DNA of 64,000 bases, taken from assembly GCA_022791055.1 (NCBI GenBank), contig JAAVYI010000022.1:4280-68279 (forward strand). The letters are read 5' to 3'. Numbering within the stretch: the stretch's first letter is position 1; every line of letters starts with the position of its first letter. Positions 1-8,377 of this stretch are shown here, piece after piece. The translations under genes were made by a program, and so were the position numbers. This DNA is from Clostridia bacterium. Lineage in GTDB: Bacteria; Bacillota; Clostridia; Christensenellales; Pumilibacteraceae. The notes under the pieces are model-generated. The model did no database searches. It saw nothing but the letters and a program-made list of their open reading frames with translations, and had not been told where the DNA came from.

Positions 1-529
1 TGCGCGCGAACAGGAATTGACCGGCGACGGCGTCAGCTACTGCTCGACGTGCGACGGGCGTTTTTACAAGGGTGCCGACGTCGCCGTCGCGGGCGGCACG
101 GTCAAGGCGATCCACGACGCGCGCTATCTGTCGGGGCTGTGTAACAAGGTGTACGTCGTCAGCGAGACCGCGCTCGAATCCGACCTCGCCACGCTGTCGA
201 ATGTCGAAGTCATCGAGAACGCCGAAATCGTGCGCTTAGTCGGGTCGCCGCTCTCGTCTGTGACGGTGCGTGCGGCGGCGGGCGAGCGCGAGCTGGCTGT
301 GTCGGGCGTGTTCGTTGCGCGCGGCTTTACGCCGTTTTCCGCGCCGTTTAAAGACGCCGTTGCGCTCGACGAGCGCGGCTTTATTACCGTTGATCCGGTG
401 ACGATGCGCACGTCGGCCGCCGGCGTGTACGCGGTCGGCGACGTCATTCATAAGGCCTATCGGCAAGTGGTGACGGCCGCAGGCGAGGGCGCGACCGCCG
501 CGCACTACCTGATGAAAGAAATCCGCTAA
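1..529 (+). CDS. trxB: Thioredoxin-disulfide reductase, C-terminal part (5' partial; runs off the window start).
   Basis: ORF 17..529 is in frame to position 1 with no start. The redox motif CSTCDG (resembling the TrxB CATCDG) and an FAD/NAD(P)-binding pyridine-nucleotide-disulfide oxidoreductase C-terminus (GVYAVGDV) are present. Confidence 0.8.
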   Translation, partial: AREQELTGDGVSYCSTCDGRFYKGADVAVAGGTVKAIHDARYLSGLCNKVYVVSETALESDLATLSNVEVIENAEIVRLVGSPLSSVTVRAAAGERELAVSGVFVARGFTPFSAPFKDAVALDERGFITVDPVTMRTSAAGVYAVGDVIHKAYRQVVTAAGEGATAAHYLMKEIR

Positions 530-563
530 GCGCGAAGCGGCCGCAAAAAATCGAAAAAAACAG

Positions 564-592
564 TTGCAAAAGCGGTCGAACCGTGATACAAT
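564..592 (+). promoter_or_regulatory. Sigma-70-like promoter (TTGCAA-17-TACAAT) upstream of corA.
   Basis: Hexamers read directly from the sequence with a 17-nt spacer, about 165 nt upstream of the corA ATG. Confidence 0.4.
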
Positions 593-709
593 ATACAGTA
601 GAGTAATTTATGAAAAAGGAGGCGCGACGTATGGAAGACCCGGGACGAAGTAAGCATTTGCGCCGTGCCTTTTTCCGTCGGTAAGTTCGGTTTTTTCCGG
701 CTCCCAAAG

Positions 710-740
710 AAAATCGGTGCGGACAGAGTACCGATTTTTT
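710..740 (+). terminator. Terminator-like or attenuator hairpin in the corA 5' leader.
   Basis: AAAATCGGT-(11 nt loop)-ACCGATTTTTT, a 9-bp stem followed by a U-run, lying immediately before the corA RBS (AGGAGGAG). Confidence 0.4.
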
Positions 741-757
741 CATAGGAGGAGCTAAAC

Positions 758-1702
758 ATGATCAACATTTATCGGATGCGCGCCGGCTCGCGCGAACTGT
801 GCGAAGTCGAGACGTTCACGCCCGGCGTGTGGATCAATCTCGAAAACCCGTCCGACAAGGAGCTTGAAGAGGTTTCGGCCGCGACCGGCATTTCCGAGGA
901 GATGTTAAAGGCCGCGCTCGACGAAGAGGAACGCGCGCACATCGATTCCGAGGACGGCAACACGATGATCATCGTCGACATTCCGACGCTGACCGAAGGC
1001 AGCGACCAGGACTGGTACACCTATTCGACGCTGCCGCTTGCCATGGTGTACAACGAAAATTATTTTGTCACCGTATGTTTACGCGAAACGACGGTGCTGT
1101 CCGACTTTATCCGCGGGCGGGTGCGCAATTTCGACGTCAACAAGCGCACGCGGTTTATCTATCAGATTCTGTACGTCAATGCGATCAAGTTTTTGCATTT
1201 CTTGAAGCAGATCGACAAAACGTCGTCGCGGGTGCAGGTCAAGTTGCACCGCGCCATGAAGAACAAGGAATTGATACAGCTGCTCGACCTCGAAAAGGCG
1301 CTCGTATATTTTTCGACGTCGCTCAATTCCAATCAGATCGTCATCGAGCGAATGAAACAGCTTTCGGGGCTGAAGCACTACGACGACGACAACGAGATCA
1401 TCGACGACGTTATCATCGAGAACAAGCAGGCTATCGAAATGGCGACCATTTACCGCGATATTATGTCGGGTACGATGGATGCGTTCGCGTCGGTCATTTC
1501 CAACAACCAAAATATCGTCATGAAGTTGTTGACCGCCTTGACCATTTGCTTGACGATCCCCACCGTCATCGCCTCGCTGTGGGGCATGAACGTCCCCGTC
1601 CCCTTGCAAGAATACCCCTGGGCGTTTTGGGTGATCATTGCCGGCATTGTGGCGATCATTATTCCGGTGGTGATTGTTATGTTCCGAAAACGAATGTTTT
1701 GA
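758..1702 (+). CDS. corA: Magnesium/cobalt transporter CorA.
   Basis: 314 aa with two C-terminal TM helices and the CorA signature GMN motif (LWGMNVPVP); RBS AGGAGGAG upstream. Confidence 0.85.
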   Translation: MINIYRMRAGSRELCEVETFTPGVWINLENPSDKELEEVSAATGISEEMLKAALDEEERAHIDSEDGNTMIIVDIPTLTEGSDQDWYTYSTLPLAMVYNENYFVTVCLRETTVLSDFIRGRVRNFDVNKRTRFIYQILYVNAIKFLHFLKQIDKTSSRVQVKLHRAMKNKELIQLLDLEKALVYFSTSLNSNQIVIERMKQLSGLKHYDDDNEIIDDVIIENKQAIEMATIYRDIMSGTMDAFASVISNNQNIVMKLLTALTICLTIPTVIASLWGMNVPVPLQEYPWAFWVIIAGIVAIIIPVVIVMFRKRMF

Positions 1703-1882
1703 TTTGCGGGCGTATACGGCGGCATATAGCGGCTACGCTTGGCAAGTCGGCTCGGTTACGTAGATCGAACTACGCGCCCTCGCCGCCTTGCCAACTGTTG
1801 CCGCTCTCTACCGCCGTCTACGCCCGCAAATCGCAAGAATACGGCGCAGTCTACGCCCGAAACGAAAAGAAGGTTTTTTATT

Positions 1883-2080
1883 ATGGCTTTGATTGAATTG
1901 AAATGTGAGGCGTGCGGATATGTCGGCGAGGAATTGATTAAGTCCGACGGCAAATATCCGCCGTGTCCGAAATGCGGCAAGCCGTTACAGCAAGTGTATG
2001 CCGGCAAGTGTTACGTCAACGTCAACAAGTGCGGCGGGAATTGTAGTGGGAACTGTAAGACGTGCGGCGGCTGCCATTGA
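1883..2080 (+). CDS. FmdB-family zinc-ribbon protein with a Cys/Gly-rich C-terminal tail.
   Basis: 65 aa with CEACG...CPKCG (CxxC...CPxCG) typical of the FmdB/TIGR02605 zinc ribbon. The tail is CGGNCSGNCKTCGGCH. The longer in-frame ORF from 1739 is rejected because that N-terminal region is a repeat element. Confidence 0.55.
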   Translation: MALIELKCEACGYVGEELIKSDGKYPPCPKCGKPLQQVYAGKCYVNVNKCGGNCSGNCKTCGGCH

Positions 2081-2128
2081 CGGCACATATACCGGTTACT
2101 ACATATCATATTTCACGGAGATAGAGAC

Positions 2129-2692
2129 ATGAACGCTGTTATGAAAGTGCTGTTGGAGCGGCGTAGTGTGCGCAGTTACGACAGCGAGAAAAAGGTTTCG
2201 GAAAGCGATTTGATGAATGTGCTGAAGGCGGCGGCCTATGCGCCGAGCGCGATGAACAAGCAAGCTTGGCATTTCACCGTGGTCACCAACCGCGAAAAAC
2301 TGCTTGCGCTCAATGCGGCCGTCAAAAAGACGATGGCCGAAAGCGACGTCGAGCGCATTCGTTCCCGTTCGGCCGACGGCACGTATAACTTTTATTACAA
2401 CGCGCCCGCGCTGATCATTGTGTCCTGTTCGGACGAGGCGTTGTTCCCGCGCGAGGACGCGGCTTGCGCATTAGAGAATATTTTTATTGCGGCGACAAGT
2501 CTCGGGCTTGGCACGTGTTGGATCAACCAACTGGGCAACGGCACGAGCGAACTGCCGCCCGTGCGCGCGCTTTTGGACGAACTGGGTGTTCCCGCCGGTA
2601 ACAAAGTGTACGGCTGCGCGGCAATCGGTTACGCCGACAAGACTTCGCCCGTCAAAGAACGCGCGTCCGGCGTCGTCAACTTCGTTCGCTGA
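2129..2692 (+). CDS. Nitroreductase-family protein.
   Basis: 187 aa with LLERRSVRSY...AAAYAPSAMNKQAWHFTVV, the classic NfnB/NfsA-like nitroreductase fold motifs. Confidence 0.85.
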   Translation: MNAVMKVLLERRSVRSYDSEKKVSESDLMNVLKAAAYAPSAMNKQAWHFTVVTNREKLLALNAAVKKTMAESDVERIRSRSADGTYNFYYNAPALIIVSCSDEALFPREDAACALENIFIAATSLGLGTCWINQLGNGTSELPPVRALLDELGVPAGNKVYGCAAIGYADKTSPVKERASGVVNFVR

Positions 2693-2730
2693 CCGTGTGC
2701 TTAAATATATTGTTGCGGACATAGCGGCAT

Positions 2731-3606
2731 TTATTTTTTTGTTTGCTTGCGGTAGGCGAGCGGCGTAAGCGTGCCCATGCTTTTAAATAGGGCTATCAAG
2801 CCTTTCGCGTCGCTGTATCCTATTTTTTGCGCGATCTCTTCGACCGACAGATCGGTGTCGGTCAAAAATCGGCAAGCAAAGGCGTATTTGTGTTTACAGA
2901 TAAACGACCGCAACGATTCGCCGACGTACTTTTTAAATTGCCGTTCCAAATAAATGGCGCTGAATCCGAAATGTTCGGCCACTTCCGACGGAGAAGGCGG
3001 CGGGCAGGCGTACATAATATGGCACATAATGCGGTCGATCAGTTTGGGATATTTGCGCGAGCGCTCTTTGTCCCGAAGCCGTAAGATTTCGGTCAAAAGC
3101 CGATACAGGATACACGACTGTTGGTAAAAATCGTTTTCGTCTTTCGACTGGGCGGCGAACGCCCGGAAGGCTTGTTCGATCAGGTCGCGGGGTACGCCGC
3201 GCATAACGAAGTCGCCCTTTTCGAGATAGTCGTTATACAGTTCTTCGGTCTGTCCGCCCAGAATGTGAAAGTAGACGATTTCGGTGCGGTCGTCGATCGC
3301 CTCGAGCCGCGATCGTTCGGACAGGTGCAAAAATGTCAGATCGCCGTCGGATAATTCGGTTTTGCGGCCGCGGACGGTGATGGCGGCGCGGCCGCGCACG
3401 ATATAGTTGAGCATATAAACGTTGATGTTTTCGCGCTCGAACAGATAATCGCGCTTGAGCGTTTCCCGACCGGCCGACGTCGCATAATAAAACAGCCGCT
3501 TGTTTTGCGGCACAGCCAAAAAGTGCAGCGTGTCCGTTTCGTCCGCATAAACGGAGAAATGCGCTTCGATAACACCCATAATTCGCCTCCCGCCGATACG
3601 TCGCAT
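2731..3606 (-). CDS. AraC-family transcriptional regulator (N-terminal cupin-like sensor, C-terminal HTH).
   Basis: 291 aa with a C-terminal AraC HTH (EHFGFSAIYLERQFKKYVGESL...EIAQKIGYSD). Confidence 0.8.
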   Translation of the reverse strand: MRRIGGRRIMGVIEAHFSVYADETDTLHFLAVPQNKRLFYYATSAGRETLKRDYLFERENINVYMLNYIVRGRAAITVRGRKTELSDGDLTFLHLSERSRLEAIDDRTEIVYFHILGGQTEELYNDYLEKGDFVMRGVPRDLIEQAFRAFAAQSKDENDFYQQSCILYRLLTEILRLRDKERSRKYPKLIDRIMCHIMYACPPPSPSEVAEHFGFSAIYLERQFKKYVGESLRSFICKHKYAFACRFLTDTDLSVEEIAQKIGYSDAKGLIALFKSMGTLTPLAYRKQTKK

Positions 3607-3749
3607 CCGGTGTTTTGTTTAGGACGGTATCGGGCAAAGTTTGTTTTTTCGAATTTTCGGTTTCATTATTCCATTGATTCGAGCATCTGTTTGTATTATA
3701 CTGAACGTATAGACGTATTGTCAAACAAATGCAAGGAGGAAAATGCAAT

Positions 3750-5819
3750 ATGACGAAAAGAAAGAACCCGATCGCGTGGGGGGGGGTAGCTTTATTGTTG
3801 ATCGCGGTTTTGCTGATCGGATGCACGGCGCCGGTAACCCCGTCGGATCCGGGCATCGAGCCGCCGGGCGGGATCGTTACGCCGCCGGATCCCGGTCTGC
3901 CGCCGACGGGAGAGGAGGACGAGCCGCCCGAGGATCCGGCAACGCCGACCGCGCTTACGCTCAGCGGCATGAAGACGCAGTTTGCGTTCGGCGAAGCGTT
4001 TAGCGCAGCCGGGCTTGTCGTCACGGTCACGATGAGCGACGGTTCGACGCGCACGGCCGCAAGCGGCGAATACGCGTGCGATGCGTCGGCCTATCGAAAA
4101 GATATTGCGGGAGAGTATACGATCACCGTGAAGTTGACGGGAACGAACCTTGCAAAACAATATACGGTGTCCGTCGAAGAGGAACCGATCTACCGTTGGG
4201 ACGACGACGGCGTGTTGCAGATCTTGGCGATCGGCAACAGTTTTTCCGATGACATGATGCAATACGTTTGGGATATTGCGACGGCGGCGGGCATTCCAAA
4301 CGTATATCTCGGCACGCTGTACATCGGCGGCTGCTCGCTCGATACGCATGTAAGCAATGCCGCCGACGACCGGGCGGCCTACGAGTATCGTGTCAACAGT
4401 AACGGCACTTGGAGTACGACCCAATCGTACAAAATGGGCGATGCGATCGCCGAACGCGACTGGGATTTCGTAACGTTGCAACAGGCAAGCGGCAGCAGCG
4501 GCCTTGCCGACACATACGGCGGCCTGGAAACGTTGATCGAATACGTGCAAAACAAGTTGCCCGAAACGGCACACGCAAAATTGGCGTGGCATATGACTTG
4601 GGCGTATCAGCAGAACAGTACGCACGCCGATTTCGGCAAATACGACCGCGACCAGACGACCATGTACCGCAGCATCGTTTCGGCGGTCAACGAGCGCATT
4701 GTGCCGTGCGGGGACTTTGCGGCGATCGTGCCGAACGGCACTGCGGTGCAAAATGCGCGCACGTCGTTTGTCGGCGACACGCTGACGCGCGACGGCTATC
4801 ATCTTACCTACGACTTGGGACGGTATATCGCGGGGCTGACGCTTATGGAAACGCTTATCGGACTGCCGAATGACGGCGTTTCGTTTGCGCCGGTAGGCGT
4901 GGACGGCTATTATAAGTCGCTCGCTATCGAGAGCGCGAAGAACGCCGTTCGCACGCCGTTTTCTGTCACCGATTCGCAGTTCGATGTAGAAACGGTGTTC
5001 GGTTTCGATGCGGCCGATTACGACGTGCTCGAATACACCTTGACGCAAGGCTTTTATAACGCCACGGACAAAAACAACGTCGATAAAATCATAACCGCCG
5101 ACGCCAACCTGTCGCATAAGTTCTATGCGACCGAACGCTTCACCGTCGACACGCTGCCCGTCGGATCGCTGATTGTCTTGCAAGCGGGTTGGACGTACCG
5201 ACCCGAAGCGTGGACGAAAAACGTCGTACAGACTGCCCGACCCGCCGAAACCACGATGCGGCTTGTCGAAGTGACGCTCGAATGGTGGAGCGGCTACACG
5301 TATCGGGCGTTCAATATCGCCAAGGTAGGGCGACCGAACATCGAGGGACAGGCGCAAGCCGTGCGCGAGGCGTTCACCGTGTATATTCCCAAAACGCCTG
5401 TGGCGATCGACGACGCCTATTTTGCGGCCAAGGGCTACAAAAAACTCGACTGCGAACTGTCGCAAGGTTTTTGGGCGTCTAACGACGACATCAATCATTC
5501 GACGCTGATTACCGACAATGCGTCGCTGTCGCCCAAGTTCTTTGCCACCAAGCGTTTTACGCAGGTCGAGTTGCCGGTAGGCGCGGTGCTGGTAATCGCG
5601 TCGGGCTGGAACTACCGTCCCGATCGGTGGGTGCGCGACGGCGAAAAGCAAACAAGCCGCCCCGACACGGTGACCGCGCCCTATACCGTGATCACGGAAA
5701 GTTGGTGGACGGGCTACACGCTCAAAGCGTTCAACATCGGCAACGGACAGGTGCTGACCGGCAAAGAGGACGAGGTTAAACGGGCGTTTTCGATTTGGTT
5801 GCCGACGGCGCAAGCATAA
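3750..5819 (+). CDS. Surface lipoprotein with an SGNH/DUF4886-like hydrolase-fold domain and two tandem C-terminal repeat domains.
   Basis: RBS AAGGAGG 11 nt upstream of the ATG at 3750. Signal peptide with a lipobox (LLIGC). ILAIGNSFSDD resembles the SGNH/DUF4886 N-terminal motif. Two about 115-aa C-terminal repeats each end in W(W)xGYT(Y/L)(R/K)AFNI. Confidence 0.6.
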   Translation: MTKRKNPIAWGGVALLLIAVLLIGCTAPVTPSDPGIEPPGGIVTPPDPGLPPTGEEDEPPEDPATPTALTLSGMKTQFAFGEAFSAAGLVVTVTMSDGSTRTAASGEYACDASAYRKDIAGEYTITVKLTGTNLAKQYTVSVEEEPIYRWDDDGVLQILAIGNSFSDDMMQYVWDIATAAGIPNVYLGTLYIGGCSLDTHVSNAADDRAAYEYRVNSNGTWSTTQSYKMGDAIAERDWDFVTLQQASGSSGLADTYGGLETLIEYVQNKLPETAHAKLAWHMTWAYQQNSTHADFGKYDRDQTTMYRSIVSAVNERIVPCGDFAAIVPNGTAVQNARTSFVGDTLTRDGYHLTYDLGRYIAGLTLMETLIGLPNDGVSFAPVGVDGYYKSLAIESAKNAVRTPFSVTDSQFDVETVFGFDAADYDVLEYTLTQGFYNATDKNNVDKIITADANLSHKFYATERFTVDTLPVGSLIVLQAGWTYRPEAWTKNVVQTARPAETTMRLVEVTLEWWSGYTYRAFNIAKVGRPNIEGQAQAVREAFTVYIPKTPVAIDDAYFAAKGYKKLDCELSQGFWASNDDINHSTLITDNASLSPKFFATKRFTQVELPVGAVLVIASGWNYRPDRWVRDGEKQTSRPDTVTAPYTVITESWWTGYTLKAFNIGNGQVLTGKEDEVKRAFSIWLPTAQA

Positions 5820-5834
5820 TATATAGGTAAATAG

Positions 5835-5872
5835 AATCGCGGCGGTGCGACGATCGCCGCGATTTTTTATTT
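5835..5872 (+). terminator. Rho-independent terminator after the lipoprotein gene.
   Basis: ATCGCGGCG-(loop)-CGCCGCGAT stem followed by TTTTTTATTTTTT. Confidence 0.55.
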
Positions 5873-5959
5873 TTTAATGTGATTATAATCTCGCTATACT
5901 TGACCGAAGCGCGCAGCTTGTGGCACAATAAAAAGAGACGAAAAACGGGAGATGCGCGT

Positions 5960-6559
5960 ATGAAAAAAATATTGGTCGTCGAGGACGACGCCGCTATCTA
6001 CGAAGAATTGACAACATTGCTGGCGGCAAACGGTTACGAGCCGGTTGGCGAAGGGGAATGCGATCTCGTGTTGATGGACGTCGGGCTACCGGAAACCGAC
6101 GGTTTCGAGCGGGTGCGCAAATTGCGTTTGAAATCCAAAGTGCCGGTCATCTTTTTGTCGGCGCGTAAAAATCCCGAGGACGAGCTGATGGGATTCGGCG
6201 TGGGCGGCGACGATTATATCGCCAAACCCTACAATTCGGCGGTGCTGCTCGCGCGGATCGGCAGACTGCTAAAGGCCGACGGCGCGATCGAATCGCGCGG
6301 GCTGCGGTTGAGCGGACTGAAACTGACCTATCAAGGCAACAGCATCGAACTGACGCGCAACGAAAGCAAAATTCTCGAACTGATCATGCGCAAAAGCGAG
6401 GTCGGCCGCGACGAGGTGATCGCCGCTCTGTGGGAGGACGGCATGTATATCGACGACAACACGCTCAACGTCAATATCAACCGACTGCGCGCCAAACTGA
6501 AAAGCATTGGGGCGGGCGGGTTCGTCAAAACGGTGCGCGGCTACGGGTACGCCTTATGA
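5960..6559 (+). CDS. OmpR-family two-component response regulator (BceR-like).
   Basis: Receiver domain (VVEDD...LMDVGLP, phospho-acceptor Asp) plus a C-terminal winged-helix DNA-binding domain (TVRGYGY). The stop overlaps the start of the downstream kinase (ATGA). Confidence 0.85.
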   Translation: MKKILVVEDDAAIYEELTTLLAANGYEPVGEGECDLVLMDVGLPETDGFERVRKLRLKSKVPVIFLSARKNPEDELMGFGVGGDDYIAKPYNSAVLLARIGRLLKADGAIESRGLRLSGLKLTYQGNSIELTRNESKILELIMRKSEVGRDEVIAALWEDGMYIDDNTLNVNINRLRAKLKSIGAGGFVKTVRGYGYAL

Positions 6560-7563
6560 ATTTTTGGCGATATGTGTACACACGTCTGTTGGGCATTTGC
6601 GTATTTTGCATAACCGACGCCGTGTTGGCCGGCTTTTTGTACGTGACGGGCGCGCCCGGATATGCGGTGGCGTGGGCGGCGCTGGCGGCGGCCGTTGTGG
6701 GCGCCGTCGCCTTTTCGGTCGGCTATTTTTATAAGCGCAGACGCGTCAAGCGGTTGCAAGCGATCGCCGACGGGTTGGATCGCAAAGAACTTTTGGGCGA
6801 AGTGTTGCCCAAACCGCCGGACAGCGAGGAGCGTATCTATTACGACGCGATGAAAGCGGTCTCGCGCGCGGCGCTCACGCTGGTTGCCGACGCCGATAAA
6901 GAGCAGGACGACTACCGCACGTTTATCGAGCAATGGACGCACGAACTGAAAACGCCGCTGACCGCCATGTCGCTGGTCGTCGACAACGGTTGCGACGCGG
7001 GAAAACTGCGGCGCGAGTTGGAGCGCGCCGACAATCTGACCGAAGAAGTGCTGTTTTATGCGCGCAGCTTTGCCGCCGATCGTGATTTGCTGATCCGTCC
7101 GACCGACGTCGGCCAAGTGGTGCGCGAGGCAGTCGCGGGCGTCAAAAACGTGCTGATCGCCTCGCGGCTGACGCTGACGGTCGAGGGCGAATCGACGGCG
7201 TACACCGACGCGAAATGGCTGTGCTTTATCCTGCGGCAGCTTTTGATGAACTGCGCGCAGTACACGCCGGCCGGCGGTCGTATTGCGGTGACGGTTGTCC
7301 CGGGCGAGATTGCCGTCGCCGATTCCGGGATCGGCATTCCGACCGAGGATCTGCCGCGCGTGACCGAGCGCGGGTTTACCGGCTCGAACGGGCGCAAGCG
7401 CGGACGCAGCACAGGGATGGGGCTGTATATCGTCGATCGACTGTGTAAACACTTAAACATGCAACTCGTCGTCGAATCGACGGTCGGCAAAGGAACCACC
7501 GTTCGGCTGCGGGGGGGGTATCTGATATTACCGAAATGTAAGCCGGCTGTAATGTACGGTTAG
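6556..7563 (+). CDS. Sensor histidine kinase of the intramembrane-sensing (BceS-like) type.
   Basis: Two N-terminal TM helices with essentially no extracellular loop. H-box HELKTPL. HATPase_c motifs (DSGIGIP, GMGLYIV). Translationally coupled to the response regulator. Confidence 0.85.
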   Translation: MNFWRYVYTRLLGICVFCITDAVLAGFLYVTGAPGYAVAWAALAAAVVGAVAFSVGYFYKRRRVKRLQAIADGLDRKELLGEVLPKPPDSEERIYYDAMKAVSRAALTLVADADKEQDDYRTFIEQWTHELKTPLTAMSLVVDNGCDAGKLRRELERADNLTEEVLFYARSFAADRDLLIRPTDVGQVVREAVAGVKNVLIASRLTLTVEGESTAYTDAKWLCFILRQLLMNCAQYTPAGGRIAVTVVPGEIAVADSGIGIPTEDLPRVTERGFTGSNGRKRGRSTGMGLYIVDRLCKHLNMQLVVESTVGKGTTVRLRGGYLILPKCKPAVMYG

Positions 7564-7615
7564 CGCAAATGCGAACGACTTGTTGTATACTGTACGTATC
7601 GAAAAGGAGGTACGT

Positions 7616-8377
7616 ATGCAAGAAATTTTAAACGTGCAGAACGTCGTCAAATACTACGGCGGCGGCAGCGTGGTGACAAAAGCGCTCGACGGGATCAGTT
7701 TTACCGTCTCCGCCGGCGAGTTCATCGCCGTCATGGGCGCGTCGGGGTCGGGTAAATCGACGCTATTGAACATTATATCGACCATCGACACGGTGTCGGC
7801 GGGCAGCGTGCGCATCGACGGACAGGACACGGCGACATTCAACGAAAAGCAGTTGGCAGCGTTTCGGCGCGACAAACTGGGATTTGTCTTTCAGGACTAC
7901 AATTTGCTCGACACGCTGACCGTGGGTGAGAACATTGCGTTGCCGCTTAACCTGCGGCGGCTTCCGCCCGACGCGATCGACCGCGAAGTCAAGCGTGCGG
8001 CCAACGCGCTCGACGTTGCCGATCAGTTGAACAAATTCCCCTATGAGCTTTCGGGCGGACAGCGGCAGCGTGCGGCTTGCGCGCGGGCGATCATTACCGA
8101 TCCGGTGCTGATCTTGGCCGACGAGCCGACGGGCGCGCTCGATTCCAAAAACAGCAAGCTGCTGATGGAGACGTTCGCGTACATGAATCAGGGCTTGGAA
8201 AGCACGGTGTTGATGGTGACGCACGACGCGACCGTCGCAAGTTACGCCAAACGCGTTTTGTTTTTAAAAGACGGAAAGATTTTCGACGAAATTTTACGCG
8301 GCGATCGCAGTCGCAGCGACCTGTACGCCGACATCGTTTCGGTAACGACGGCGCTCGGAGGCGGGGATGTTAGGTAA
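7616..8377 (+). CDS. ABC transporter ATP-binding protein (BceA/MacB-like).
   Basis: RBS AAAGGAGG. Walker [10 protein letters not shown], signature LSGGQRQR, Walker B ILADEPT. Confidence 0.9.
   Translation: MQEILNVQNVVKYYGGGSVVTKALDGISFTVSAGEFIAVMGASGSGKSTLLNIISTIDTVSAGSVRIDGQDTATFNEKQLAAFRRDKLGFVFQDYNLLDTLTVGENIALPLNLRRLPPDAIDREVKRAANALDVADQLNKFPYELSGGQRQRAACARAIITDPVLILADEPTGALDSKNSKLLMETFAYMNQGLESTVLMVTHDATVASYAKRVLFLKDGKIFDEILRGDRSRSDLYADIVSVTTALGGGDVR

Noticed and set aside
560-760. Possible M-box (Mg) riboswitch upstream of corA.
   Set aside because: I could not find the conserved M-box core motifs by eye. Reported only as a generic leader, uORF and hairpin pending a covariance-model scan.
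1739-1882. N-terminal extension of the FmdB ORF (MASRLGYVDRTTRPRR...).
   Set aside because: The region is a copy of the dispersed intergenic repeat (also at 21716..21850). The real start is at 1883, where the conserved MxxxExKCEACG begins.
3792-5813. 673-aa ORF on the minus strand.
   Set aside because: It is fully antisense to the lipoprotein gene. The translation is Arg/Ala-rich and low-complexity, typical of high-GC antisense frames. It has no RBS and no recognisable domain.
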